From Trichoplax adhaerens (taxonomy: Eukaryota > Animalia > Placozoa): a stretch of DNA of 64,000 bases. Position numbers and translations under genes: made by a program. The notes under the pieces were generated by a model that saw nothing but the letters and a program-made list of their open reading frames with translations, made no database searches and had not been told where the DNA came from. Shown here in pieces: positions 52,398-64,000 of this stretch (position 1 is its first letter; every line of letters starts with the position of its first letter). Location: NCBI RefSeq assembly GCF_000150275.1, contig NW_002060945.1:4265397-4329396 (forward strand). The letters are read 5' to 3'.

Positions 52398-54546
52398 AAT
52401 TAAATCTTAATTTGGCGAGAATCCGTCTTGGCCTTTGGATTGAGAATAAGAGAAAACAAAGTTTCTTCTGCAAGTTGAGACAAGCGTAAAGAAATGAAAA
52501 AAATCGATCTCTGTCAGCGGCGTGTTAACAGCAACTGGCACAGACGTGAAATGAGTTGAGAACTAACAGAGTTTGCCCTAAACTAATATAACATCCAAGT
52601 AATAGTAGAGTAAGAACATCCTGATTGTTCTCATTTTCTATGCCAAACTCTTTATTACCAACAATAGCATCAAAATTTATTTGCATAGTCGTCTATTTCT
52701 ATAGCCAATAACATTGGTAGTCAAGTCGTTATTGTTGCAATGTTAATAACGGATTGGCCATCTTTATGAATCATTCCGAACTGACAATTGTTTATTAAAT
52801 TAAGGCAAGAACAATTTTAGTTAATGACGTTGATGGAGTATAAAGTCAATATCGTACTTTGATAGCGAAGTTAAGCTTAATTCAATCATTGATTCTTCTA
52901 TCACAGTGGGTGCCCAACTCTAGCTATTCATCAACGATCATTTATGAATACTTTTAGCTGCTTATTATTCACTAATTGATTATCCGGATCATAATCAACT
53001 ACTGTACATTATTCACTGATGTCCAAAGGAAGCAACTGTCCATGTTATTTAATGAAGAGAAAAATGAACTTGTCACTATCCTTGATAGATTATGAAATAG
53101 AGACGAAATTGCATTACATGGCAATCTAATGTCTTGAAATCAGAATACGAGAATACTAGAATTGATCGTAACTATTTTTACCGACATGCTGATTTTGCGT
53201 AAAGATAATATTAGCCCAGAAATAAGCCTAGAAATCAGCTTGGCCTATTTGGACAAATGGGCTAGTAAGAGCAATGTTGGTTTATGTCTAAGTATTTCAA
53301 GGCTACGCCAAGTGTGATTTATAATAATCAATTCTGATTCGAGATCGATTATTCTATTAACTAGCCTATACGTGGGGAGTTAACTACGCTAATATTAGAT
53401 AGAGTAATGGCATTAGTCTCAATTAGTCAGCCAGTGGCTATACAATCAACATCTGCTGTTACATCCTGTTGACGATGAGGTCTATTTTTTATTCATCCTA
53501 AAAATATTCTAAAGCAATCCACCACGTTATTAAAAGAATTTATGATGTCATCAATCACGAGTTCATCAACAATCAACAAGCCGTAAGGAAGCTTTAGGGA
53601 GTCATTAAAATAGTCTATCATGTTTTAAGTGAGAAACTTCTATCGAATATTATTATTATGCGTGATAATCTCAACAAAACAGCTATGGTAATATCTTTAG
53701 GAATATAAAAATAGTGCCAGGGGTGAAGGTTAGTGTTGCCTTCTTTGACTACGATAGCACAAGGCCATATATCAAAATGAACTGATATATTGATAAAATA
53801 TAATGGATATGAATTTGTTCTATTATCATATTGCGATAATATGATTTATTATTACGCATAAAAATTAGTAACAAAATAGTTCTTTATACCATCGAATGTA
53901 AGAATAATTTCAAGGAGTTCATATTTGCGGTACCTTCCTTGATCAGAACCACATACGAACTGTATTATGGACACCTAAAATGGCTTGGTATTAGTACAGT
54001 ATGACGGATGTCCGATTTTTATTGCTTTCGTAATAGGTTAACAAATGACGAATAATTTTATTATTACACTTAAGAAACTTAATAAAACCAGCTTATTTCT
54101 ATATCTGATATAAAATCGACCAAGAATTAATATCGGCGTTGTCATTTTAAATTACGGTGGGATAACTATGAACATGCTCAAATAGACTGATAATTAATTG
54201 TAATGATACAATCTAATGCATTTTTAGATTGAATTGTTATCATAGTGAAACAAGAAAATTAGAAAGTTCTTAGCATGCATAAAAATTGGAACTTTTCGCA
54301 TTAATTTCCGCATCTGCCACCATTTGGGATCAATAAAATAGTTTAATATCGATATAGTGTAACGGATATATTTAACTTTTGATTGTAGACACAATAGAAC
54401 AACAAACTCTTAAAGAATATCACGTATTAAATCGATCGTAAGATTTGGCGGTAAAGATGCTGTTACAGTAGGTACCGCGAGCTTGTCAAAACATAACAGG
54501 CAATGATTGAGGTGGTAGCTATTTTAGGAAATTACAAATTGGTTAC

Positions 54547-54569
54547 TATATATATATATATATATATAT
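54547..54569. repeat. (TA)n microsatellite, intergenic
   Basis: Perfect TA dinucleotide run. Confidence 0.85.
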
Positions 54570-57500
54570 TTATACAATGTATTTATTGAATTGGATGAAA
54601 ATATTGCGCTGGGTGGTTAAATGAACCTGTATCTTATTTTAAAGCACAAAAAAAATGTATTGACGATGAGATACAGGATTTACGATAGATGTTATTTAGG
54701 AAATATTATCAATCATTATAATATACTTAGTCTAAAATTCGAATCCTAAGCTTCTAACAGCGACTACAAACGCGAATAGAATCGAGATTGCTGATACGAT
54801 TATCATATCGTAGTAAGGTTAATCAATTCTTTCACTATTTAAACCTTTAGAAATAGAATAATATCACAAGCGCATCGCTAACCCTGTCTACCTATGTATT
54901 ATATGTGAATTATTATTTAAGTAATTTCAGCGTTATGAATAGACTGGCGAATGAATGAATACATGAGATAGTAGTTTCTAAATAATTTCTCTACCTTTGG
55001 CTGTCGTGATACCTATTTCTTGGTTGATAATAATCATAATACACGGTGGTTGTATCTTTTATGAACCTTGATATTAATTTTTCAAATATACATCTACACA
55101 TGGCCTTACTTTTCTGTGCATATCGCCTAGACTCATAAAGACAAATTGCTTTATAATATAGTAGCAAATTAATGGATAAAAACTTGAGTTCATCACTTGG
55201 TGAGGAGGCGTAGTTATTTGCTTTGGTAGCGATATTAATTGTATGCTAAATTACACAAACAGCGCGTTGCGCATTGTGCGGGCTGATTTTTGTTTCAGGT
55301 TATTATAAAAATGAATAGTATGCGTATGGCTAATTATAGATTTACTATTAATAACTATAGATGGATGCATACGTGACTAGTTGCAGTATATTGACTGGCT
55401 TGTAGACTATTATACGGTGTACCAAAGATGTAGATTGAAAAAATATCCACAAAAGTATCGCACATAGCGGAACCAACAAATTCAATTGAACTCGATTTCA
55501 TGCAGTAGATTTTTTACGGAGGAGATAAGCAGTATTATTAGATTATTTATTTTCTTCACATCTTCAAAATTTCAAATTAGATTTTCTAGCGCTATTTTTC
55601 ACTAATTGGATGCAAACAAAACCACTAGACTGTATTAAATTTGATTTTTATATGGCATTTTTTCTTACAGATAATCAGCATTGTAGAACTAATTTTAATT
55701 TGTTTCATTCATTACTTCAATATTTTAATTGGATTTTCCAAGTATTGCCTTTTCTCCAGACTCATATTGAAATAAAAAAAATGAAATAGATAAGTTCCAT
55801 GAAAAGTACTATAATGGGACTAATAAACTACATTAAATTCAATTTTGATACGCCATTTTTCGCCATAGAGATAATTAGTATTATAGAACTGTCATTTTTC
55901 TTTCATAACTACAGAAATTGAATATAATTTCCAAATGTAGTCTTTCTCTATTTCATGTAATAATAAAAATAAACACTGGTGATACAGCAAATTGCAGGCT
56001 TGCTGTTATAGGCCGAGCAGTGGTTACGGCACAGTACATTAACAATCTTAGAAACTGTTATGTATTATGACAAAGATGATCACTTTAATTTTTTTGGGGG
56101 GGGAAAAGAATAGAAAAAAATGTATTCCATCATATTATCCAAATAGAATCAATGGATTATATTCGATTCGAGTTCATATGTATAGTACTTTTAATCATAG
56201 AGACAAATTATTTTAATTTCTTCATGTTTTCAGCTGCTTAATTTGATTTTTAACCGTCATATTTCTAAAGCCATATAGTAGCGTAATATCAAAGTGTCCA
56301 TAATTAAATTTTTAAACGAGCGTATTTTATACAATTATTAGCTTTGCCGCATTTTTTTATGCATACAACAGCCATCAACAAAATTATAACAGCACTAGAG
56401 AGAGTATTGCATTTTAATCTCTTCCATTAGCATCATCATAAATTAATGCGGTGGAGCTATTTAAAATTAAGATTTAGCCAACATTGCTGAAAATCAAGTA
56501 TAAATGTCAAAGACTACAATAAAAATGTTCTAGCTTTTTCACACCTATGGTTTATTACGTTGTATCATGTACCTAGTATTATCTGATTAAATAATTTTTA
56601 GCATTTGGTTGATGCCAGTGTGCTAACTTCTAACTAGATATACTATAACGGCTAATTTTACGTTAAGATTGGAGCTAGAGCGTGGGTAAATTTTATTGAA
56701 ATTCGTCAGCTTCAAGATATATTATAATATTATTCTACGAATTTGGTAGATGAATTGTAGCTCCTATAGATCAATACATCATCTGCGATTTAAATGACCA
56801 TCCAAATTTTTAAGTTGTTGCTGTAATGGTTATAAAATCATAATCAATAGTTGCGGCATGTAAACATTATACATCTAAAAATTATTTGCAATTTTTCGTT
56901 TATGCATGAATAGTATTTTCTAAATCTGAATGTAGTATACTTTAGCTAGTCACACTTTTAATTCATTTCGCGGAATCAGATTGTACTGAAGAGATATCAA
57001 TCTAGTTAAACAATAAATTGTATAAAATTAAAAAGTGGTGTATATTTAATGAATGTGGGGGGCCAGATTAAGAGAGAAGGAAGTGGCTAACAATAATCAT
57101 ACAGGTAAATCCAACAATATGTAATACTTAATTTTATGCCATGATTTTGCTATAGTTAGCCGATTGCAACATCAATAGAATAAGATATTTAAAGATAGCT
57201 TCTACTGGAAATTATACTCCAATTTTATTGATATTTAGCAGGTAACTTAGCTATTACTGCATTCTTGACTAACTTATGTAATTTTAAAGTTGATTAAGCG
57301 GATTTTTTTATTTATGTCCTATTACTAGCATTGTCTTACTAACGGTGAATCATTCCTGATACTCGTAGGTAATGATGTTATGGAGTAATTTTCTGCTACA
57401 GTATTTAAGTCTCTACTTTAGTAAAGTGATATCTACATCGCATTTATATAAATTTCAATCTATCATAGATCATTAAAAATATGGAAATTATACGATCTTC

Positions 57501-58992
57501 TAAATAAGCTAATGATATTTAGCTCATTATACGATTTAAAGGCTGCGTTGTACCATTGCATCGTCATTTAGTAAAGCTGATAAACTCTAGGATTTAGAAT
57601 TATAGTTACCTCATGTTGGCGCATGTCATACTTGTATTACAAATTCTGATTTGAAATGTTACAATTCGGGAACTCCTTTATCCACTTTAAATTTGTATTG
57701 GAATAAAAATATAAATTATTTGAAGGCGAAAAATAAATGCCAGGTCATCTTGCTCTGAAATCTCAATCGCGTAAATTCTTTACAGTTAAAACGATATCTC
57801 CTGTATTCACTGAAAATAAGCATAAGCAAAGCATGCGCCGTATACTGCAATGCAACTACTTTCATACGAAGCCGCATATTATAATTTGTACTATACTGGA
57901 TACATCATATCTCTAGGAAGCTGCTTTGCATGAGATTTAATTAGACTGGGCTGTATGCGTCACTAAATGAAACTCTATTATTAAACTTATAAAATTTACC
58001 AGGCCTATGACTCAGTATAGCAAGTCTTTTTCTCGTGCTACAGCCTCATTACCTGGCAAATATTACATTTTCATGGTATTCTAAGCTAAATAATCATCAC
58101 TCAAGTATAGATAAGCTTATGGCCTGCCGCACAGATCCATAGCAATAATAGCCCAGGATCTAACTTCTAGCGGTAGTAAAGTAAAACTATTAAAAAATGT
58201 TAGCTGTTGAATGGCGGTTTAATGCAGCATTTACACTGAAATACTTACCACGCTGCTGAACCTTACCATTTAAAAAAGGTAATATTGTTGCTGCGCTGTT
58301 AAGATAAATATGCTATGAAATGTATTTAATGACCAACAAATATATGTGGCAATGGTCAATATATAATCATACAACTGCTAAGTCCAGTGATCATTAACAG
58401 AGTGGCAACACAGATCTAGCACGATAAATTCATACAATAGTAAAGATCCAAAACAAGCGATGGCTGAGTATTCCTTAACGAGACTTGTTATGATCTAGAT
58501 ACTGATTCTCACTTTAAAACATAAGTTCTTTAGTAACCGCTTCATAACTAACGAAAAATGTACATACCATAAACATTAGTCCTAACAATCATTAGTACAT
58601 ATTGTCTTAAAATGTAGCTGCAAAGGATACTTTTTATGACGCAGGGTCATTCATATTTTATAAATACAGTACAAGAGAATAATATTAACAAAAACAGATA
58701 AGGATTATTATGTAAGTAGTGCTGTACAATAATGAATAGACTTATGAAATTGTTCTTAACGTAATAGCAATATGTGTAATCTTAATCTGAATAAAATTAT
58801 TTTCAAGTATCATATTAACTACTAATGTTTAGTTGTTAAATAGCTAATTTATAAATGCTTACAAATGCAAACTGTACTAATACAAAGGTTTTTTAATAGA
58901 AGAGTGATCAAAGCATCATATCATACGATAAGTAGGCTAATTAATTAAGTATGATTAGTTTTACCGAGGTGAATCCTATTCCTTTTAATGAT

Positions 58993-61900
58993 TTATGATG
59001 TTAATAAATCGACAGCTTTGTCACTATCTAAATCACATTTAATCAACGAGGTACGAATTTTTTCATTATTGAAGCCAAGTTCTTGAAGTTGTTTTTCTAG
59101 TTTTAAAAAGGTAATGACCTAAAGTGCGTAATTTGAATAAATTATATAAAGCATACTGCAGTAATGCTTATTCCAGACTGATAATAATTTATCATTTATC
59201 AAACCTTTTCGTCATCAGTACCATATTCATTGATAGCGATTTCACAACTAGACCCACAATAACCTTTTTCACAAAAATTTTCAACTCGTATCAAGTGGTC
59301 AAGAACCTAAAGTAAAGATGAAAAATCAAAATACTCATAAGTCTACTTACTATTGCATTTTTATGGCCCAATAGCATGAAAGTCACTGTAAATTACCTTT
59401 TTGCTATCGTCGCCGTATTTTATAGCAGCTTTAGCAGCTCGATTCGTTGGAAATCCCATATCCACCATAACACTAATTAAAGCTTGCTGTGGCGCAGTAA
59501 GATCCTTTATTGGTGGACTCATGTCTTTAACTATACCGCTATCGGTAGGTGAGTAGCTCTTTTCTTGTACTATAAATTAAACATAGAGGTGTTATAAGCA
59601 AATGGAATACCATGGTGACTCAACGTAGCAAAGACATACAACGTATATCATTTTCATTTGGATTTGGGTAACTGGAAGATCGTTCTCTTAGAGTTTGCTG
59701 GTTAAAAATATGAATTCATCGCAATTAATTAATGCAACTATTTCAATTTATATAGCAATTTCAATAATATAGTTGATTATTTAAGTACCTGCAATGATCG
59801 TACATTGTGATCACTTGTTTTTATTCCAAAATCAGTAGGTTTTGATCCGAGTTCATTACTTATAGAGGGTCCGCACTTTTTCGGTAAATTAAATTGGTTA
59901 ATATTAACAGCAGCCGCTGAATTACCGGCATTAGTGCAATGTCTTACTAGGTCTTCATTATGTAAACTGTTAGCGCGGGGTAACTGTGTATTTGATTGGT
60001 TGTCAAAGCGTGATGTCGGAAAAGATTGGAATATGTGACGATTGGTTGATGAATTTTGCTTATCATTGCCTATATTTAAATTGATGACACCTTGATGATT
60101 TCTTTGAGTAGAGTTGGCTCCTGAACGTACCATTAAGTCATTTAAGCCATTTCCTGAGTGACCGAGTTGAACATTACGAGACCAATCCTCTTGCCCGACG
60201 TTAGAAACTAATGGTTGCTTAGAAAATTGTACGTTGTCTGGCATCGTTTGATGATTACGACTGTTGTCTAAGTGAATAGAACCACTGCTGATATTAGGCA
60301 TAGTACTAGTCATGTTTGTTGACTTATAGTAAAGATTATCTGAAGTTGTGTTAGGGGTTGGCGGGTGAGTAACTAAGCTATTTGTGCACGAATTTTGAAA
60401 ATTACCAGCATTACTGGTGACACCCGCTGCAGTTAGGGTGTCCGTTGACTTGCTACTTTCTGACACTGAAAGTACTATAATACCTTCATATTGGCTAGTA
60501 GTTCTTTCCGAAATGTTATCGTTTCCTGATTGTGAAAGCCAAATTCCATTAGTAGATTCTGAAGAAATAGAAGCTTGAGATATCTTGGAAATATTGCTAT
60601 CCTTAGATAAGGACTGACTAGCGCGTACATGTGTAGAATCTGGTAACAAAACGGTCTTGAGCGCATCCATATCATTTATGGATTGCAATTCAACTAATTC
60701 AAAAGGGCTAGAATTGTCCAATTCAAATTCAGCCCAACTGGAAGTATTCCTCTGTGTTTCATCATTAGTAGTATTATTAACGGTAGTTTGTTTTGAAACA
60801 TCGACAGGTTGTAAAATATCATTGCTCATCGGCGGCACCAGAGGCAGATTGGACGGAGGTATTACATGATTGTTGTCAGAGACGACGGCATTAGACGAAA
60901 GCTGAGAATTTTCGTAAGTATTGCAAGAATCATCGATATCAACTACATTATCTGCTGAAACGGTTGCATTTCTTTTTTGACGTAATGAGGCTAATACGGA
61001 ATTTTCTAAAGTAAAATCATGCTAAAAAATAAATTTAAATTAGGATTATATAGTACAGTAGATACTTGTTTCCGTCGCTAAGCTGAAAAATTAAATTCAT
61101 CATACGAGCGACGCACATCGTTTGACAGTAGTCAACTATAATTAATATCGTATAAATTAAATGCAGTAGAAGTATTACAAATATGTTAATATCTAATATT
61201 ATTCTAGGTAAACTTGAGCTGGACTTTATATTAAATATAGTACTTAAAAGATGCGAGTGAGTCGAGTATCTAGGGAATATAACGGTAGATGCGGTGTTTC
61301 TTCATTAATACAGGTATAACTGCTCATTATTTCATAAGGAAATGAGATTGTGCATCCGAGCTGACTGATATGAAAATTGTACTCTGCTAATAATATTTTT
61401 CTCAATCAACAATCATTTAAACATATTCAGAACTGGCTATTTATCCTTGACGACATTAAGAGGACAAGCTTAATTCCGTACAAGTACTACATCAACAGAT
61501 AGCTACCTTGATAGTACGATATACGCATAGTATGACAATTTGTCAGAAAGATATCATTGTACATGTAACTCGCAGCTTTTAAAGGGTAGATTATACACAC
61601 AGTTATTATTTAAGAATTATTTGTCGAAGTAAAAAGAGTTCATAGTATGTACTGTATATCAATAACAGAATCTTGAAGTTACTTTACAGCCAAGATCTAT
61701 GATTTAATGAGTTGACAGGTAAGCCTAACTACAGTAAGGCATAAGAATGATTTTCATCCGATTAACATCAGTATTATGGAAATAAGTGACATATTTTTAC
61801 CAATTATTTATGATATCCTCTCACAGAGTAATCGTTAAAATGTTGCTATAGTTGCAGCGAACTTACTTTAGATTCGAGTAGATCTGCTGGTGGTTTACTT

Positions 61901-62713
61901 AATTTCCATCCGAACGGTAGCGTAACCTAATTAATACCATATAGTCAAGTCAATCTATTGATTCGATTTATGTATTAATTAATTATTATTGTGATGAATC
62001 ACGATACAAGCCAAGTTACAAGTTTTATCTTGTGTTGAATATTAAAACTACCAGTAAAATTGATCATAATCAAGTGAGTCATATCGTAGTAAGAGCTAAT
62101 TCATTGCTGTTAGTAAAATTAAACTACAGTATTACCAAAAGCCGTTTGTTTGCGATATCGCTATACGTATACGTAGATCAACATGTTATCAATACACTAC
62201 AATTGACAGTTGATCTTTGAAAGGTTGAAAACGGTTTAACTATGTCATTTGCTATTCATTAAAATTGATAAGTGCAAAAGCTGTAACAGCCTTCAAACAG
62301 CAACTTAACCTATCCATCAAGATTAGCGTCCAATTTGATCGCATACAGGCAATCAAGATTGATCATAAATTGTGTAAAATTTCCATTTGGATTGCGTCCC
62401 TTATGTATAACTTACCTTTGGTGGTGGTTTAAACTTGTCACTAAACCTTAGTGGGATTGCATCCAGTGCACCATGATCTAGATAGAATATTATAAAAGTT
62501 ACGATAGAAGTCATGTAAAACAAGAGGCAGAAATTACCAATGAATAACAGCTGTAAAATAATCACGACCACTATGAAGCATGACATCAGCTCAGGAGAAG
62601 TATTTTCATACAGTAGAATTCCAGTTCAAACTAGTTCGCACCAGAGTTGTTTTGATAATCTAACATGAATTCTACCAACACTTACCGTGATAAAAGCTAT
62701 CATTATTTGCCAT
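58993..62713 (-). CDS. UBAP1: Ubiquitin-associated protein 1 (ESCRT-I subunit): N-terminal UMA domain, long S/N/T-rich linker, C-terminal SOUBA
   Basis: Exons 62713-62686, ~62476-62416 (LDAIPLRFSDKFKPPPK), ~61926-61867 (VTLPFGW) and ~61021-59789 (HDFTLENSVL; AEFELDNSSPFELVELQSINDMDALKTVL). Short exons follow, with MVDMGFP, VLDHLIRVENFCEKGY and LQELGFNNEKIRTSLIKCDLDSDKAVDLLTS*. Confidence 0.92.
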
Positions 62714-62849
62714 TGTATTGAACAGTCAATGTCGTTGATTTCACATCAGTTGGCTGAGGAGAAGTGAAAACTTTGACAACGAATCGACACTGTCAGGAGA
62801 AATGAACACCTTTAGTAGGAAATCATCCTAACATGACTATTAGTCTCTC

Positions 62850-63055
62850 TTCAAAGATGGCGACATCCAACTACTATGCAAGCCTACACAGTATCAAAGG
62901 ATAAGGACTTTACAGAAGAGTTGTAGCAACTTAAAAGCTATCAATTTCTAATCTTGTAGTCAAGAAATTAAGTTTATTTCCAATCTTTCTCCACTAGTCG
63001 CAATGAGTGGCAATCATCCCAATTAGCCAATTGGACTTTCTATCTATCCAATTTT
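62850..63055. promoter_or_regulatory. Putative UBAP1 promoter with a YY1-like AAGATGGCG and clustered CCAAT boxes
   Basis: AAGATGGCG at ~62854-62862 and several CCAAT/ATTGG at 63019-63052, 150-340 bp upstream of the UBAP1 ATG. Confidence 0.4.
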
Positions 63056-63553
63056 TTTAATGCTCTTTTTATCTACTGTGATTCTCTGACTGTGGTGTAG
63101 TGGACGGATATTTGCACACTATCACCGATACAGCAGCCATGGTTAGCGATTTTGTACTTGACTTGGGGTACAGTATAGTCCTTTTTTAAAAAAAGAATGT
63201 CGCCCATGGCGATGACTTTGCACTGTAGGCAATGGATAGGTTGTGCAATCGGCATGTACTAGTGACATTATTTTTGCTGGTAATTTGACCTTTGCTACTA
63301 AAACATAGTGCGATACGTAGTATTATACGATTAATATTCATCGTACGATATGGCAGTAAGTAGAAGGCTAAGACAAAAGCAATGTCATCTTTACGCGCCT
63401 ACAATACTGCCTACAGTAGGAAGTGATGGTGAGGATGACATCACCTTTTGCTGGCCCTCGAGATGGCAGTCTACCAATACCAGATTGATTTTTACCTCTC
63501 TGGTTTAACCTCGTTGGCAGATATAACACAGTAATATAGCGGTGTACCCCCAA

Positions 63554-63659
63554 GAGACAAAGTCAAAAGTCCTGGTAGACACTACGCGTATATTGGAATT
63601 GTTAAGGTATGTTGTAGCACTCCTATCGACACCCAGTCAAGGACTTTTGACTTTGTCTC
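63554..63659. repeat. 106-bp element with perfect 20-bp terminal inverted repeats (MITE-like or hairpin)
   Basis: GAGACAAAGTCAAAAGTCCT (63554-63573) and AGGACTTTTGACTTTGTCTC (63640-63659), separated by 66 nt. Confidence 0.8.
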
Positions 63660-64000
63660 AGCCAGTCTAGATTACACAAGCAGATTTCATTTGAGGGGAG
63701 AACCAAATACTGTCGTAGTGCTCTGTGCCGAGTTAACTCGGGATCGATGTACATATTGATCGTCAGTCATGCCATCACTTCTTCATCTCCTTCGATCAAG
63801 GATTTGAAGAATTCACTAAAGCACTTTTAAAAATCCATTTGGCGTACCGTGTTGCTCACTAGTTGCAGTAAACCATAGATTCATTGATTATTTTTCTGGC
63901 CATTCTACGTTACCGCTGAAACCGTATTCTGCACTGTACAAAATCAACCAAGCAGCTACGGTTGTGGACAGTATAGTGTATTGCTTCATATCTACATTTC

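Noticed and set aside
58241-58250. ATACTTACC resembling the U1 snRNA 5' end
   Set aside because: No U1 stem-loops or Sm site follow. It is the reverse complement of a splice-donor consensus.
1750-60869. Shadow ORFs 1750-1953, 5322-5611, 6036-6266, 18924-19130, 21056-21391, 37257-37709, 46651-46893, 59124-59315, 60475-60675 and 60657-60869
   Set aside because: They are antisense or alternative-frame overlaps of well-supported exons, with no independent motifs.
63060-64000. Short ORFs and GC-elevated sequence at the right end as a coding gene
   Set aside because: Stops occur in all frames examined and there is no recognisable motif. It may be an element relic but cannot be supported from this window.
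1-64000. CRISPR arrays, rRNA, tRNA genes or prokaryotic operons
   Set aside because: No regularly spaced repeat-spacer units or cloverleaf/rRNA signatures were seen. The DNA is intron-rich and eukaryotic.

Overview
AT-rich eukaryotic (animal) genomic DNA with many short GT-AG introns. Composition and gene architecture suggest a placozoan such as Trichoplax, but this is inference only. Six protein-coding loci are supported. (1) A vWA + DUF4537/Tudor-like + coiled-coil gene on the minus strand, running off the left end. (2) PYROXD1 on the plus strand, head-to-head with it across a 5-bp-periodic repeat. (3) A 207-aa orphan ORF (-). (4) A KLF9/13-class zinc-finger gene (-) with a recognisable core promoter, inside ~24 kb with no other intact gene. 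(5) A 19-exon bifunctional PAM (PHM+PAL) that keeps its catalytic residues but has no transmembrane domain (-). (6) UBAP1 (-). At 35.8-38.7 kb lies a decayed, internally inverted Ty3/gypsy-type LTR element. Its one complete-looking LTR points antisense into its own gag-protease and then into a 78-bp fold-back hairpin, and its PBS resembles tRNA-Gln without the terminal TGGAGG. Two decayed GPCR-like relics flank the element. No rRNA, tRNA or CRISPR array was found. Exon boundaries were read by eye.
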